Positions 1 through 11,201 of a stretch of 64,000 bases of DNA are shown here, piece by piece (position 1 is the first letter of the stretch; every line of letters starts with the position of its first letter). Source of the DNA: Blastocladiella emersonii ATCC 22665 (lineage: Eukaryota > Fungi > Blastocladiomycota). The notes under the pieces were generated by a model. That model was not told where the DNA came from. It was given only the letters and a program-made list of their open reading frames with translations, and did not search any database. Position numbers and translations under genes: made by a program. The DNA lies in contig JANHCV010000007.1 in assembly GCA_025594325.1 (NCBI GenBank), forward strand, positions 1,953,171 to 2,017,170, written 5' to 3'.

Positions 1-3000
1 TCGGGGGTGGTTAGTTCACGTACGTATTCGAGCTCCACCTCGCTCGCCCACTGGGTTGGCCACCGGGCCGGGCGGCAGGCACTCTGCTCCCACTGCTCGG
101 GCCCGCGACCGCGTCCACTGGCTTCGCTCGCCATCCTTTGCCCACGATCACACTCGCCGCTAATCAGCAACATGACCGCCGCCGGGTCGACCAAGGCAAA
201 GCGCGGCAACATGGCCGCCGGGTTGACGATCAAGGCGAAGAAGCAGCAAGCAACATGGCCGACCGCCGGGTCCTGGACCTGCGTGTGGTCGACGCGGCGG
301 CGACGCGCGAGACACGGGCGCTGTCGTGGCGGCGGTGGCCGTTCCAAGGCGCGCGCGCCTCGTACGCGGGAGGAACGAGCGGCGGGTCGCCCGACGTTCA
401 TGAGCTCGCCGTCCGCGAGCTAAGCTAGCTCGTTGCGTCCGTGTGATGTTCCCGTCCGGCGCGCGCCCAACCTGTCGTCGCCCGCGATCGCGATCGTGCC
501 CCGCGACGGCGCGCGCGCAAGTTCGGGAGTTCGGCATGCCGACCGCCGCCGAGCTAGCTGGTTGACGAGAACGAAGATCCCCCACCCGACTCGCGTCCTG
601 CGGTCGGCCGACCTCACGCGCATCGCCACGCATCGCCAAGAAGCGGGGCGGTCCGCGGCGAAGGAGCCGTCGGTCGGCGCTGTTTGGCGTCGACCTGCTG
701 TCGCGCGAGGACATGAGCTCCGAGGAGGACGGCGATGTGGCCGGCACGAAGTATCACGGCTTGGGCGCCACCAAGTACGCGAGATGCGCGCCGAGCCGCG
801 CCGAGCCGCGCCGAGCCGCGCCGCGCGGAAAAGGGTTGCCGATGCTGGCACGCGTCCAAGAGGGACCTGGCCCGACGCGACGACGGCAGCATAAAGTAGA
901 AGCGGGGCCGGCTGCCAGGATGAGCCGCGGCACGCAGCGGCGCTCGAGGACGGCGACGCTCTCGCCGGGTAGCGGGGAGCATGTTTGGACGCATCAAAGT
1001 TGAGTGAGCATGGACGGCGACGGGTTGAACGCAAGATCAAGCAACCACGGCGCCCGCCGCCAGGCTCGCGAGCGACCGAGCCAAAGCGTGCTGCTGCTGG
1101 CACTGCTCCGGGTGGCAACGATCCAAGGGGCGGCGGCGGCGGCTTACGACGGGTGTGCAGCTGGCGTGTGCCGGCACACGCGGGGCAGCGGCAGCGGGCA
1201 GAGTGTCGCGTGCGCGCGGGACGGCCATGCCACCGACCGCAGCCGGCAGCCGCTCCAGCACAACGGCCGCAGCGAGGGAGCGAGCGAGCGCGGACATCAC
1301 CACCACCGCTCACGCTGCAGTCTGACACCGTAGGAGGGAAAGTGCAGGGCAGGGTGCGGTCGGCGAGGGGGCGATGCTTGCGCGCGAGGGCAAGTCGCTC
1401 GGGGTTTGGCGCGCCCCGCCAGCGACAACAAGCGACGAGGTCATGCATGGGTCATGGGCGCGTGGTGCCGCCGCGGCATGTGCGACGTGTTGATGTGGTA
1501 GACATGGATGCGTTTCATGGAGTGGGGAGGTTATATAGCGGTTCATGATCAGGCGAGAGAGCGAGGACCGCGCGCGGCGACGAGGCGCCCTTTATACTCC
1601 TCCGCCCGCGCCCCTGCTGCCTGCCACGCGGCGGCCACCGCCACCGCCACCGACAAGGACTCTGGCGCTCTGACGCAAGCAGCGAGCGGCGAGCAGCGAG
1701 CAGCGAGCAGGATACGGCGGGGTCCGAAGCCGAACCACCGCCGCGGCGGCCTCGGCTGCGGGCGACTGCAGCTCGCCGTGGGAGGTCGTCGGTTGGCGGC
1801 GCGGTCGCTTGGCCCGTGGTACACAGGTCACACCCGACTTGACAACGACGACGAACAGGCTGCGCACGCATCTTGGACCACCGGGTCGACCGCATGGGTG
1901 AGGTCGATCGCGCCCGCGACGCCGGCATGGCTCGCGAGCCGGGACGACCGACCGCGGCTTCGCGAGCACACGCACCCGCGCGCGCTCGCGAGCGGCGAAT
2001 ACAACGACGCGGGAACGTTTGAGCGGCCAAGCGTCAGGTTCGGGCGAAGGCATCGTAAGGCATCGTAAGGCTGCGGGCGCGGCACAGCAGCACGCACGCC
2101 CGGCGCGGCCGTTTCGATGGCGTTTCGCCGCCCCGTACGCTTACCAGCCAGCGTGACGGCCGAGACGTTCGTTGCTCAGCTGGCCGGCCGGCTGCGTCCA
2201 CGGACATGCCGACGTTGATCCCACAGCTGCGCCGCGCTCGCTCGCTCGCTCGCCCAGGGCGGCGACGTTCGGGGGCGGCCCACACCGAGCCGAGCGAGAA
2301 TCTCGGAGGTCGTCGGTGCGCCCAGCCGCTGCTGCAGCGGGCGCGCCGCGCGAGGAAGAAACGAGGGCCAGAAGCCGCGGACACATAAAGTACAAGCCGA
2401 GAGGTAGCTGTAGCGAGAGACGACGGACGGGCCTGCTGGTAGTCCGCGACGGGGGCGGCGACAGCGGATGGCGCGCGCGCCGCTCGAGCTCCGACCGTCG
2501 TTCCGACTTTGGGGGAAGAAGAGGGCGTGTGCGAGAGGGAGCAGCAGCTCGGCACCAGCTCGGCAGCGACGACTCGACTCGACTCGAGGTGCGCCGAGTT
2601 GGGGAGGGCAGGGCGAGCTGATTCGAAGCAGGGTCCGCAGCGTCGAGGACGGGCGGTGGTCAAGGGCGATGGCGCGCAAACGACACTCGAAGCGGTGCAC
2701 GGCCGTGAGCGGAAACGTCGGTCGGCGCGACTGGCGGGGGCAGCAGGTCAGGTCGGGACGCGGTGGGGCAGAGCAGGGCGACGCGCGCGTTGATGTACAC
2801 ACGGAGGGAGGAGTGGCGGCGATTGGGGGCGACGGCGCGGACGTGCGCGTGCGAAGGCCGTCGAGCTCGCGGGCGAGGGCAAACGCGCTGGCTGGTTGGC
2901 ACGTAGAGCGTGGAGTGGTGGTGGTGGCGGCGGCGGGCAAGCGCGGCGCGGCGCGGCGCGGCGCATGCGACAGCACCCGCTCGGCCACATGTATACGGAA

Positions 3001-4224
3001 CGAGGAGAGGACCACCAGCTGTGCTGCTGTTTGACGCCGACAGAAGAAGGTTGCTTGCTGCAGCGCTCAAGCGCGAGAGCGATGCCATGGGGCGAGCAGC
3101 CCGCGGAGCACGCTGCGGGCGAGGTTCATGCGATTCCATCAAGTTACAGTGCCACGTCGTGCCTTGCCTTGTTGACGTGCACATGGACATGGAGGTGAGC
3201 GGGGTGCCTGACCGACCGACCGAGGCCGCGCCACGCCACGCGGTGGCCATGGCGCCGTGGCCGCCGCGCTGCGCGTCCTTGTCAGCTGACGGCGACTGAC
3301 GCGTTGCGGGGCGCGCTTCGGGAGGGATGGGGAGACGTGAGGAGGCCAGAGCCTTCTTCTTCTCTCTTCTCCACCGACTGCCGCCCCATGCACCATGACC
3401 ATGAAAGCCGATGCAACGTGATAACTTGATGCAACATCACGCCGGACAGGCCCTGACGCGGATCGGCGCCGCCGCGAGGTGCCCAGCCGCATCTGCTGTA
3501 CCGCTACTACTGTACGACTGAGCTGAGCGTCAGTCGGACTGCTTCGTCAGCTATGCAGCTCGTCCGTCCCCGTCGTCCTTGTCGGGAACGCCGCCTTCCG
3601 CTTGCCGTGCTGCCCTACGTTAGTCGCATGCAAAGGTTTGCTTTGGCGGCGGGCCCCCGCTAGCCAGCGTCCCTCGCTCGCTCGCCTCGTTCCGGTCCCC
3701 CTGTCGCCCCACGCCGCCGATCTGCACTGCCGAACCTCACCCGACCACCGCGACCGCTTCGTCGTCCTCGCCGGCCACCTGCTCGTCCCCCGCTGGCATG
3801 CATTCCCGAGCCGCACGACCTCCGTTCGAGCCGACCTACATGGACGTGCTCACAGCCTCGGCAACTTCATGGCGGGCCAGGTGAGTCGTCGCCACACGCG
3901 CACGCGCACGCACGAGCGGGGCCAGCGTTTGGTGTGCGCGCGGGGCGCGCTTCGGGATCCGCTGCTGCTCGTCGGCCGCAATCGCCGCCTTTCGCACCTG
4001 CTGCTTTATGACCTCGCGCTTTCGTAGCCTAGCCCAGCTGGCGGGCGGCTTGCTGCTTCGCGAGAGCATGGATGCTGCCGCCTCGCTCAACCGGCGGCCA
4101 CGGCGGCGGTGCCCCTCGCGTCGCCGTCCTTGACGCGCGCGTGCACCCGCCGTACCGCGTTGTTGATTCACGCTTTTGCCGCGCGGCCCGAGCGAGGCCC
4201 TAGGATGCGTCCGTTGCTCAGCGT
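1..4224. repeat. Copy 1 of a ~4.2-kb non-coding repeat block (may extend left of the window)
   Basis: Matches 49213-53436 at offset 49212. Six-frame ORF translations of both copies are identical and spot-checked nucleotides match. No recognisable protein domain. Confidence 0.95.
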
Positions 4225-4412
4225 GTACACACGCGCGAGGTGAGCGTGCGTGCGTGCCGACGGCGAGCCGAATTCGCGCGGTCTACTAACTACCCTCCCC
4301 GCCACCCATGCCGACACTCTGACGAGACCGAGTGAGCGGAGGCACGCACGCGTGGTGATGATGATGTGCGGCGCCTTTGTTACGACGCTCGGGCCAGAAA
4401 GGCGCCTGTCTG

Positions 4413-4876
4413 GACTTGCGCGCGCTCGCGCGCGTGCGCCACGATGGCGCGGCGGGGGACGCTGGCCGCCGCCCGGCCCAGCCAGCCCGCCGCCCACCGC
4501 CCGCCGACTTAGACACATGAATTCAACTCCCAAAAACAATAATTCTTGTTTATCACTGAATCGTGATCAGGGACCCTCGGGAACCCCAGAAATGCAAAAA
4601 TCCCCGAGTCAAAGCATGGGGGTGTTGAGATCGTGTTCGGGCGCGCCGAGGCGAAAAAGTTTTTCACTCGCGGCCGTCGCGACGAGCTCGCGGCGCGGGT
4701 GGGCAATTCAAGCACGTAACGCTCAATCTGGCAGCTCCCGACCTGTCTCGGATCTGGCTCAAACTTTGCACGTAATCTTCTGATATATCATGAGATATTT
4801 TAGACTAGTGAACATAATTTTACGGCGTCGTTTGACGGCCCTGCACGCATCGGGGGTAGTTAGTTCACGTATTCGA
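4413..4876. repeat. ~460-bp relatively AT-rich terminal-like repeat 'A', copy at right end of block 1
   Basis: Highly similar to 48777-49243 (identical 68-aa ORF translations at 4509-4715 and 48872-49078; a few substitutions such as atgagatatt vs atgaaatatt). Its 3' end also matches window positions 1-30. Confidence 0.85.
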
Positions 4877-5197
4877 AGTGCGCGCTGGTTTTGCTTGGCA
4901 ATCGTGGCCAGCGACTTCCCCGTCGCTTCTCCCATCACGCCCATTTCATCGACAGCGTTGAAGCGATCCCGCAGACCATACCACGGGCTGATACTGGTTC
5001 CAGAGCGTTCCAGTAGCCCAACGACGACTCCCTTATGGCTCATCAAAGGCCGTTTTCAGTGATACAACTCGACTCCTCAGTCCGCGAGCAGGTGAACAAC
5101 CGACAGCGGGCAGAAGGTCATTTAAGAAAACTCGTTATACATTCCACTCTCGTCACCAAAGATCCGGCGCAGCACACGCCATTCGGGGGCACACGAC

Positions 5198-6720
5198 TTA
5201 GTCGACGATGAGCTCCTTGTCGACCTGGGCGTAGTTGGCGAAGAAGGCGGTGAAGAGCTTGATGGCGTCGGTGATGTCGTGGGTGCCGGCCTGCTCGCGG
5301 ATCGAGTGCATGGACAGCTGCGGGTTGCCGATGTCGATGGTGCGGAGGCCGAGCTTGCCCGAGAGGATGGGGCCGATGGTCGAGCCGCACGGCGAGTCGT
5401 TGCGGACGGCAAACTCCTGGAGCTGGACGCCGGCGCGCTTGGCCATGTTGCGGAGGAGCTGGCAGGTCGGGGCGGTGGTCGCGTAGCGCTGGTTGGCGTT
5501 GTGCTTGATGACGACGCCCTTGTTCATCTCGGGCGCGAGCTCGCCGCAATGTTTGTCAGCGAAATTCGGGTGGAGAGCATGCGCCATGTCTGCGGAGATG
5601 AGGAACGACTTCTGCATGGCCTCCTCGAAGGCGGACGAGGACGAGCCGTGGGCGTCGCGGGACACGCCCGAGGTGATGCGGCGGAGCGCCGACTCGAGCA
5701 TGTGGCTGTCGGCACCGTAGGCCGAGAGCGAGCCGACCTCCTCGTTGTCGAACAGGGCAACGACCGCGACGGCCTCGTCGGCGTCGACGGCGGCCTGGTC
5801 GGCGGCGTGGTCGAGGATGGCCGACAGACCCGTGAAGGACATGACGAGGTTGTCGCAGCGGGGCGCGAAGACGTACTCGCTGAGGGCGCCGCCGATGACG
5901 GCAGGCTGGGTGTCGAAGAGGCACAGCTCGACGTCGGCGACGTGGGCGGGGTCGCAGCCGATGCGCTCGGCGAGGGCGGTCAGGAGCAGGGTGTGGTGCT
6001 TGGGGGCGTCGTCGCCCGACGGGGTGGCGATCTTGTTGAGCTCGGCGGCGGCGGTCGAGCACAGGACGGGGAGGAGCTGGTTCTCCTTGTTGAAGGTGAA
6101 GCCGTCGTTGACGCCGCGGTCGAGGTGGATGGCGAGGGTCGGGACGCGCAGGATGGGCTCGGCGATCTTGACGAGGTGGTGCGAGGGCTTGGCGTCGGCC
6201 GACTCGGGCTGGACGATGACGCGGCCGGCGACGCCGAGGTCGCGGTCGAACCACGTGTGCCACAGACCGCCGCCGTAGCACTGGACGCCGACCTGCATGT
6301 AGCCGGCCTTGGTCTTGCGCGAGATGGGCTTGAGCTTGAGGCAGGGCGAGTCGGTGTGGGCGGCGACGATGCCGAAGCCGTTGCCGGGCACGAACTTGCC
6401 ACCGACGACGAAGGCGACGACGGACGAGGCGTTGCGGGTGAAGTAGTACTTGCCGCCGGGGACGAGCGAGCCGTCCCAGCACTCGCGCTCCTTGAGGGCC
6501 TTGAAGCCGGCGGCCTCGAGGCGCTTGCGGGCCTCGGCGACGGCGTGGAACGGCGAGGGCGACGCGTTCACGAACTCGAGGAAGCCGCGCGCGGCGGCGG
6601 GGACCTTGGAGGCGGCGTTGGCGGTGATCGACTATGAACGGGAGGGTTGGGAAGCAATGAGGGCAGCAGGAGGTCAGTACGAGGGCGGTCCATGCGGCCA
6701 TGCACCCCAACAAACGACAT
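5198..6720 (-). CDS. APE4: Aspartyl aminopeptidase, peptidase family M18; join(6720..6706, 6631..5198)
   Basis: Motifs SPSPFHAV, AAHTDSPCLKLKP, WFDRDLGVAGRV, PTLAIHL, DNEEVGS, SADMAHALHP, GSTIGPI, LSMHSIRE. The ORF-track start at 6571 is a GTG; an in-frame exon 1 (ATG TCG TTT GTT GGG) is joined by a 74-nt GTGCAT...CTGAC...TAG intron. Confidence 0.95.
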
Positions 6721-7272
6721 CTGCCGACAAACCTTGCCGACCACGACGGAGACGGGTCCTGCAGGATCGCCGGCCGCACAAACGAACGAGACGGCGGGGA
6801 GCGCCGGGACCGCGACCTCGCTGCCGCCGTACAGGGCGCGCGAGCCCGGCTTGATCAGCGGCGCGCGCTCGTCATCCTCGCGGCGCGTACGAGACGCAGA
6901 CCGAGAACGCGGCATGCAGCACACGAGCGAGCGCAGGACCGACGCAGCGGCGGAGGGCAGCGAGGTGCGGCGGGCGCGATGTCCGTGGGCGGACGCGGCC
7001 GCAGGCTTCTCGGCGTCGGATACATGTGCAGTCATGGTGCGGTGTGCGGCGGGTGCGTACCATGGCGGGGAGGAGACGGGTTGGCCGCTGACGGGGAGCG
7101 AGCGTGCGGATCGGCGGCGGCGGCGACTTTGACCGCCGCGACCTTTCGTTTGCGCGGAGTCGGGTGGGCCCGCCGGTCACGCGGGGACGCCCGATGGCCC
7201 CGGTCGTGGGCCCGGTCAGCCCTCCCTCGCTTCCGCTATGGTACGCTGTCAAGGAACTGTATTGCTTCAGAA

Positions 7273-10176
7273 TCAGACGTTCTCGGCCTTCGCGGACATC
7301 TTAGCTCGCTCCTTGATCTCCATGGCAAGCCGGGTGTCGCGGTTGCGGCTGGCCTCGATGATGCGCAGGAACTCGGCGGGCGTTGGAATCCCACCAACTC
7401 GCTGGGCGAAGGCCGTCTTGTACGCCTGGATGACGCCGCGCGCGGTCGCGTCGACCTGCTCGGGCAGCGTGCTCTTGGGGTCAGTGGAGCGGCGCGCCTG
7501 CCGCTGCGCGTAGAAGGCGACGAGCGACGCGATGCTCTTCGGGTACGCCTTGCGCGACGCCACGTACTCGAGGAACAGGTTGTACGCCGACAGCTGCGCG
7601 GCGAGCGGCGCGCCGTGGACGCGCTCGGTGCGGGCGGTCCAGTGCTCGCCGCGCTGGGGCGAGTCGCGGTAGTCGACGGTCCAGGGCCGCAGCGTCGCCG
7701 GGCAGATGGGCGTCGGCAGGCCCGCCGTCGTGAAGCCCGGCGCGTACCCGTAGTTGCGCACCGCTACGACGGGGCTGTTGCCCGAACGGCGCAGCTCGGC
7801 CGGCGGCAGGAACACGCTCCCGACGCGCTTGCTCGGGTCCACGAGCTGCAGCAGGTCGAGGATGCGCGGCAGCGGGAGCACGTCCAGCAGCCACGCCAGC
7901 GGCGACGCGGCCGCCTGCTCGGGCGTGCACGGCCCATCGACGAGCACGACGACAGCGGGCTCGCTGGTCAGGGGGACCGCGGTCGTGGCCGTCGCCGTCC
8001 CTGCAGCACGCGTCGTCGCCGCGCCGCCGCCACCCGACTTGGCAGCGCCACCACCGCCCATGGCGACGTGCGGGATCACGAGGTGGTTCTGGTACAGCCG
8101 CGCCACGTCGAGCTTGAGCGCCGCCACGTCCTGCTTGCGCGACATGAGGTACCCGAACACGCGCAGCACGCGGATCCGCTCGTCGAGCACGTCTAGGCCG
8201 GCCACCGCCACCACCTCGCCACCACTGCCGCCGCTACCGGAAGCGGGAACGACGGGGTACTGCAGCACGTCCTCGACGAGATGGCGGAGGTGCGCACCGA
8301 TCGGGTACCACTGGCGCAGCCGCTCCTGCGCATACTGCTCCGGGTCGGCGGCAAAAAGCTGCGTCGCACCCGTCAGCGAGTACCACAGCGCCGCCGCGAC
8401 GGGCGCCTTGAGCACCGGATAACCCGGCTGCCCCGACAGGGCAATGTTGGTCGCGTACATGGGGTGCTCAAAGCGGCAGACGAGGTGCGCGCGGAACGCC
8501 GCCATGAACGCCGCGTTGTCGGCGAGCTGCGGGACGCGGCGCTCGCGGATCGCCAGATACACGGCCGCGAGCCACAGGTGCGGGTTGCCGAGCTTGACGC
8601 CGCGCGTCGCCATCTGGCGCACGACCCACGTCCCGAGCTCGACGTGCTGCGCCGCCGTGCCGAGCGGGATGCACCCGACGACCGTGCGCCGGGTGTACGG
8701 CGACACAATGTCCTTCCACCGGTACGCGCCGCCCGCCGCCGCCTCGTTGAAGAGGCCGGTGAACGCGGCCGACCCGATGGCGTGGTCGAGGCGGTCCACG
8801 AGCCGGTCGACGAGCGCGGGGTACTTGAGGATGTTGAGCGGGCAGTCGGTCACGTCGTCAATGACCGCCGTGTCGGCGCCCTCGAGCACGCCCAGCGTGG
8901 TACCGCCGCCGCCCGCACCGCCCCCGCCGTCATCGGCAAAGGACGCTGACTCGGTGATGAGCAGGACCGGCGTCGTGTCGTCGTCGAGCATGATCGGGCA
9001 CTCGAACCGCTCGTCGCTGCCGCCACCCGACGCTGCGGCGGCCGCCGACTCGCTCGCGTCAGCGACCTCGGCGACGGGCACCTCCGACTCGGGCACCGTG
9101 GCGAGCCCGGCGCGCGTCGCGCGGTGCGACTGCAGCGTGTCGAGGCCAAACGACGACACGGTGCACGCCTGGACGAGCTTGGTGATGCAATCGCCGACCT
9201 TCTTGGCGTCGTCGGCCGAGTCGGCGATCCCGTAGAGCAGCTCGCGCGTCGCCGCAACCGCCGACTCGTAGTCGCCCTCGCGCAGCGGGTCGAGGATCGG
9301 GTGAGGGTAGCGGTGCTGCGACGACGACGACTCGGCTGCGCCTGCGTCCCCAGAAGCGGACCCGCGGCGGTGCCGCACGGACTCGGCGGCGGCGAGCTTG
9401 CGCGCATTCTCCTGGGCAATCACGTCGAGCAGGCGCTTCTGCAGCTTGATGAGCTCGTCGCGCAGCTTGGTGTTGGCGCGGCCGAGGTTCTGGACCACAA
9501 TGAGCTTGCGCAGCTTTTCGTACTGGATGAAGAGCTCGGCGGGCGTGCGGATGGCGTCGAGCACGCCCGAGCCCTCGACGGCGACGCGCGCGCAGCCCTC
9601 GGCGAGCACCGCGTCGTTGTGGCGGATCAGGAAGTTGGCCGAGCGCGCAAAGGGGGCGACGACGGACAGGTCGGCGGGGAACCGGCCGAACAGGCACGCC
9701 TCGACGTCGGGGATCCCGCCCGGGATGGCGGCCAGCTCGCGGTCGCACCGCTGCACGCAGGTGCGGTCGATCTGGCCGTCGGTGATGATGCACATCTTGA
9801 TGACGTTGAACCGCGCGCGGTTGCGGGTGATGTATCGCGCGACACACGTCGGGTCGGTCCCGCTGCGGCTGTTCATGCGCTCGATGTTGGCGAGCAGCTG
9901 CTTGTGCGACGTCTCGAGCTCCTACACGGCGTCGCGCACTCGGGTGTCAGTCCCCGATCGTCATGCCAGCGCGACAGAAGGGCTCGCACGCACCGAGGTA
10001 TCCCAGCGCAGGACGCGCAGCGCGCCGCCGTACAGCGAGCGGTACTCGTCGAAGCGCTCGCCGACGCGCTTCCAGTACTCGCGCTCGTAGTTGGTGCTGC
10101 CCGAGTCGTCGACGGCGAACAGCACAATGTCCTCGACGACGCCGGCGGATACTGGCGGCTTGCGGTGGGCGACCAT
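7273..10176 (-). CDS. ~940-aa protein with N-terminal vWA (MIDAS) domain; join(10176..9994, 9921..7273)
   Basis: Exon 1 encodes VLFAVDDSGST (DxSxS). A 72-nt GTGCGT...CTGAC...TAG intron (9993-9922) restores frame to SGTDP and CIITDGQID (MIDAS T and D). Strong GC3 codon bias throughout. Confidence 0.8.
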
Positions 10177-10221
10177 GGTGTTGATTCGTGTGATTTGTTG
10201 CGTAGACTGCGTAGCTTGCGT

Positions 10222-10225
<4 letters not shown>

Positions 10226-10274
<49 letters not shown>
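10226..10274. repeat. (AG)~24 microsatellite just upstream of the vWA gene start
   Basis: Perfect AG run seen directly, about 50 nt 5' of the ATG at 10176. Confidence 0.95.
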
Positions 10275-10277
<3 letters not shown>

Positions 10278-10519
10278 CGATCGCGATGCGGTCAGCGTTG
10301 CGGTGCGGTGCAGCCCAGCTTCCACGGCCCGCGGCAGGGACGCCTATTTGAGGGCGCGCGCTGCGCCACCGGGCCACCGAGCTGACTCGATTCCCTGTCG
10401 ACGCGTTCCATGCGCTCGCATCATCGACTCGAAGAGGTAGTCATACCGTTCTTCGTAGTTGCCTACGTGACGGGCATCCGCGTGGGTGGGACGAGAGGTG
10501 ACTGGCTAACTGAGCGACG

Positions 10520-10874
10520 CGATGGTCATGCTGATCAAGTCCTTCCGGCAACATGTCGGGCGCGCCGGGCAGGAGAGCGAGCGCGACGAGCCCATGGACG
10601 TGGGCCGGCCGTTCATGGACGTCGGGCGACCACCACCGCCGCCGCCCATGCCCACGCCGCCGTCGAGGATCGACATGGGACGGCCGCCGCCGTTCATGGC
10701 GGCGAGCTGCTGCATCTCGCGCATCTCGCGGAGCTCGCGCTCGCGCTCGAGATCCGTCATGCGGGACGCCTGCGACTGCGAGTCCATGACCTCGGCCTGG
10801 TACTCGTCCCACCGCAGGTGCTTGATCTGCGAGATGTCGAAATACTCGTCCTCCTCGCGAACGAGGCGCACCTC
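10520..10874 (-). pseudogene. Duplicated fragment of the chitin synthase last exon
   Basis: 10561-10874 matches 15204-15517 with about 5 differences including a 1-bp indel ([30 protein letters not shown]...). It is fused to a more diverged piece, KDLISMTI vs KDFINMTI. Confidence 0.9.
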
Positions 10875-11201
10875 GCCCTTCCCGCCCTTGATCCGACGCG
10901 ATGACCCCCACTTCAAACCTGACCACGAATGCGATGAATATGTCGGCCGTGAAGCGACCACGATTACTCGCGAGGGTGCGAACGACGCGCGGTATAGACG
11001 CGCCACAACTACGCGTTGCATAAAGCACGTGCCCCGCGCTGCACCTCGCCTCAAGTCGCCGATCACGCTCGCTGCACGAGGAACCACCATTTGGATTTGC
11101 ATCGCAGTAGACCATGTGGAGAATTCAGAATATCGAATCTACTGACTTTGAACACAACGAAACAAGGTGAGAGAGAGGAGGGAGGGGAGGTGTGGCTGAA
11201 C

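Noticed and set aside
7-4539. Dozens of Arg/Ala/Pro-rich ORFs in the repeat block and its copy
   Set aside because: Low-complexity translations in all six frames with no domain or codon bias; typical of GC-rich non-coding DNA.
4285-4864. 11-bp inverted repeat (actaactaccc / gggtagttagt) as MITE termini
   Set aside because: No TSD. Copy 2 remains collinear past this point, so there is no clean insertion, and homology of repeat A extends beyond the right arm.
4877-5046. Short coding-like minus frame MSHKGVVVGLLERSG...
   Set aside because: Only about 55 codons, cut by repeat A, with no recognisable motif; insufficient support.
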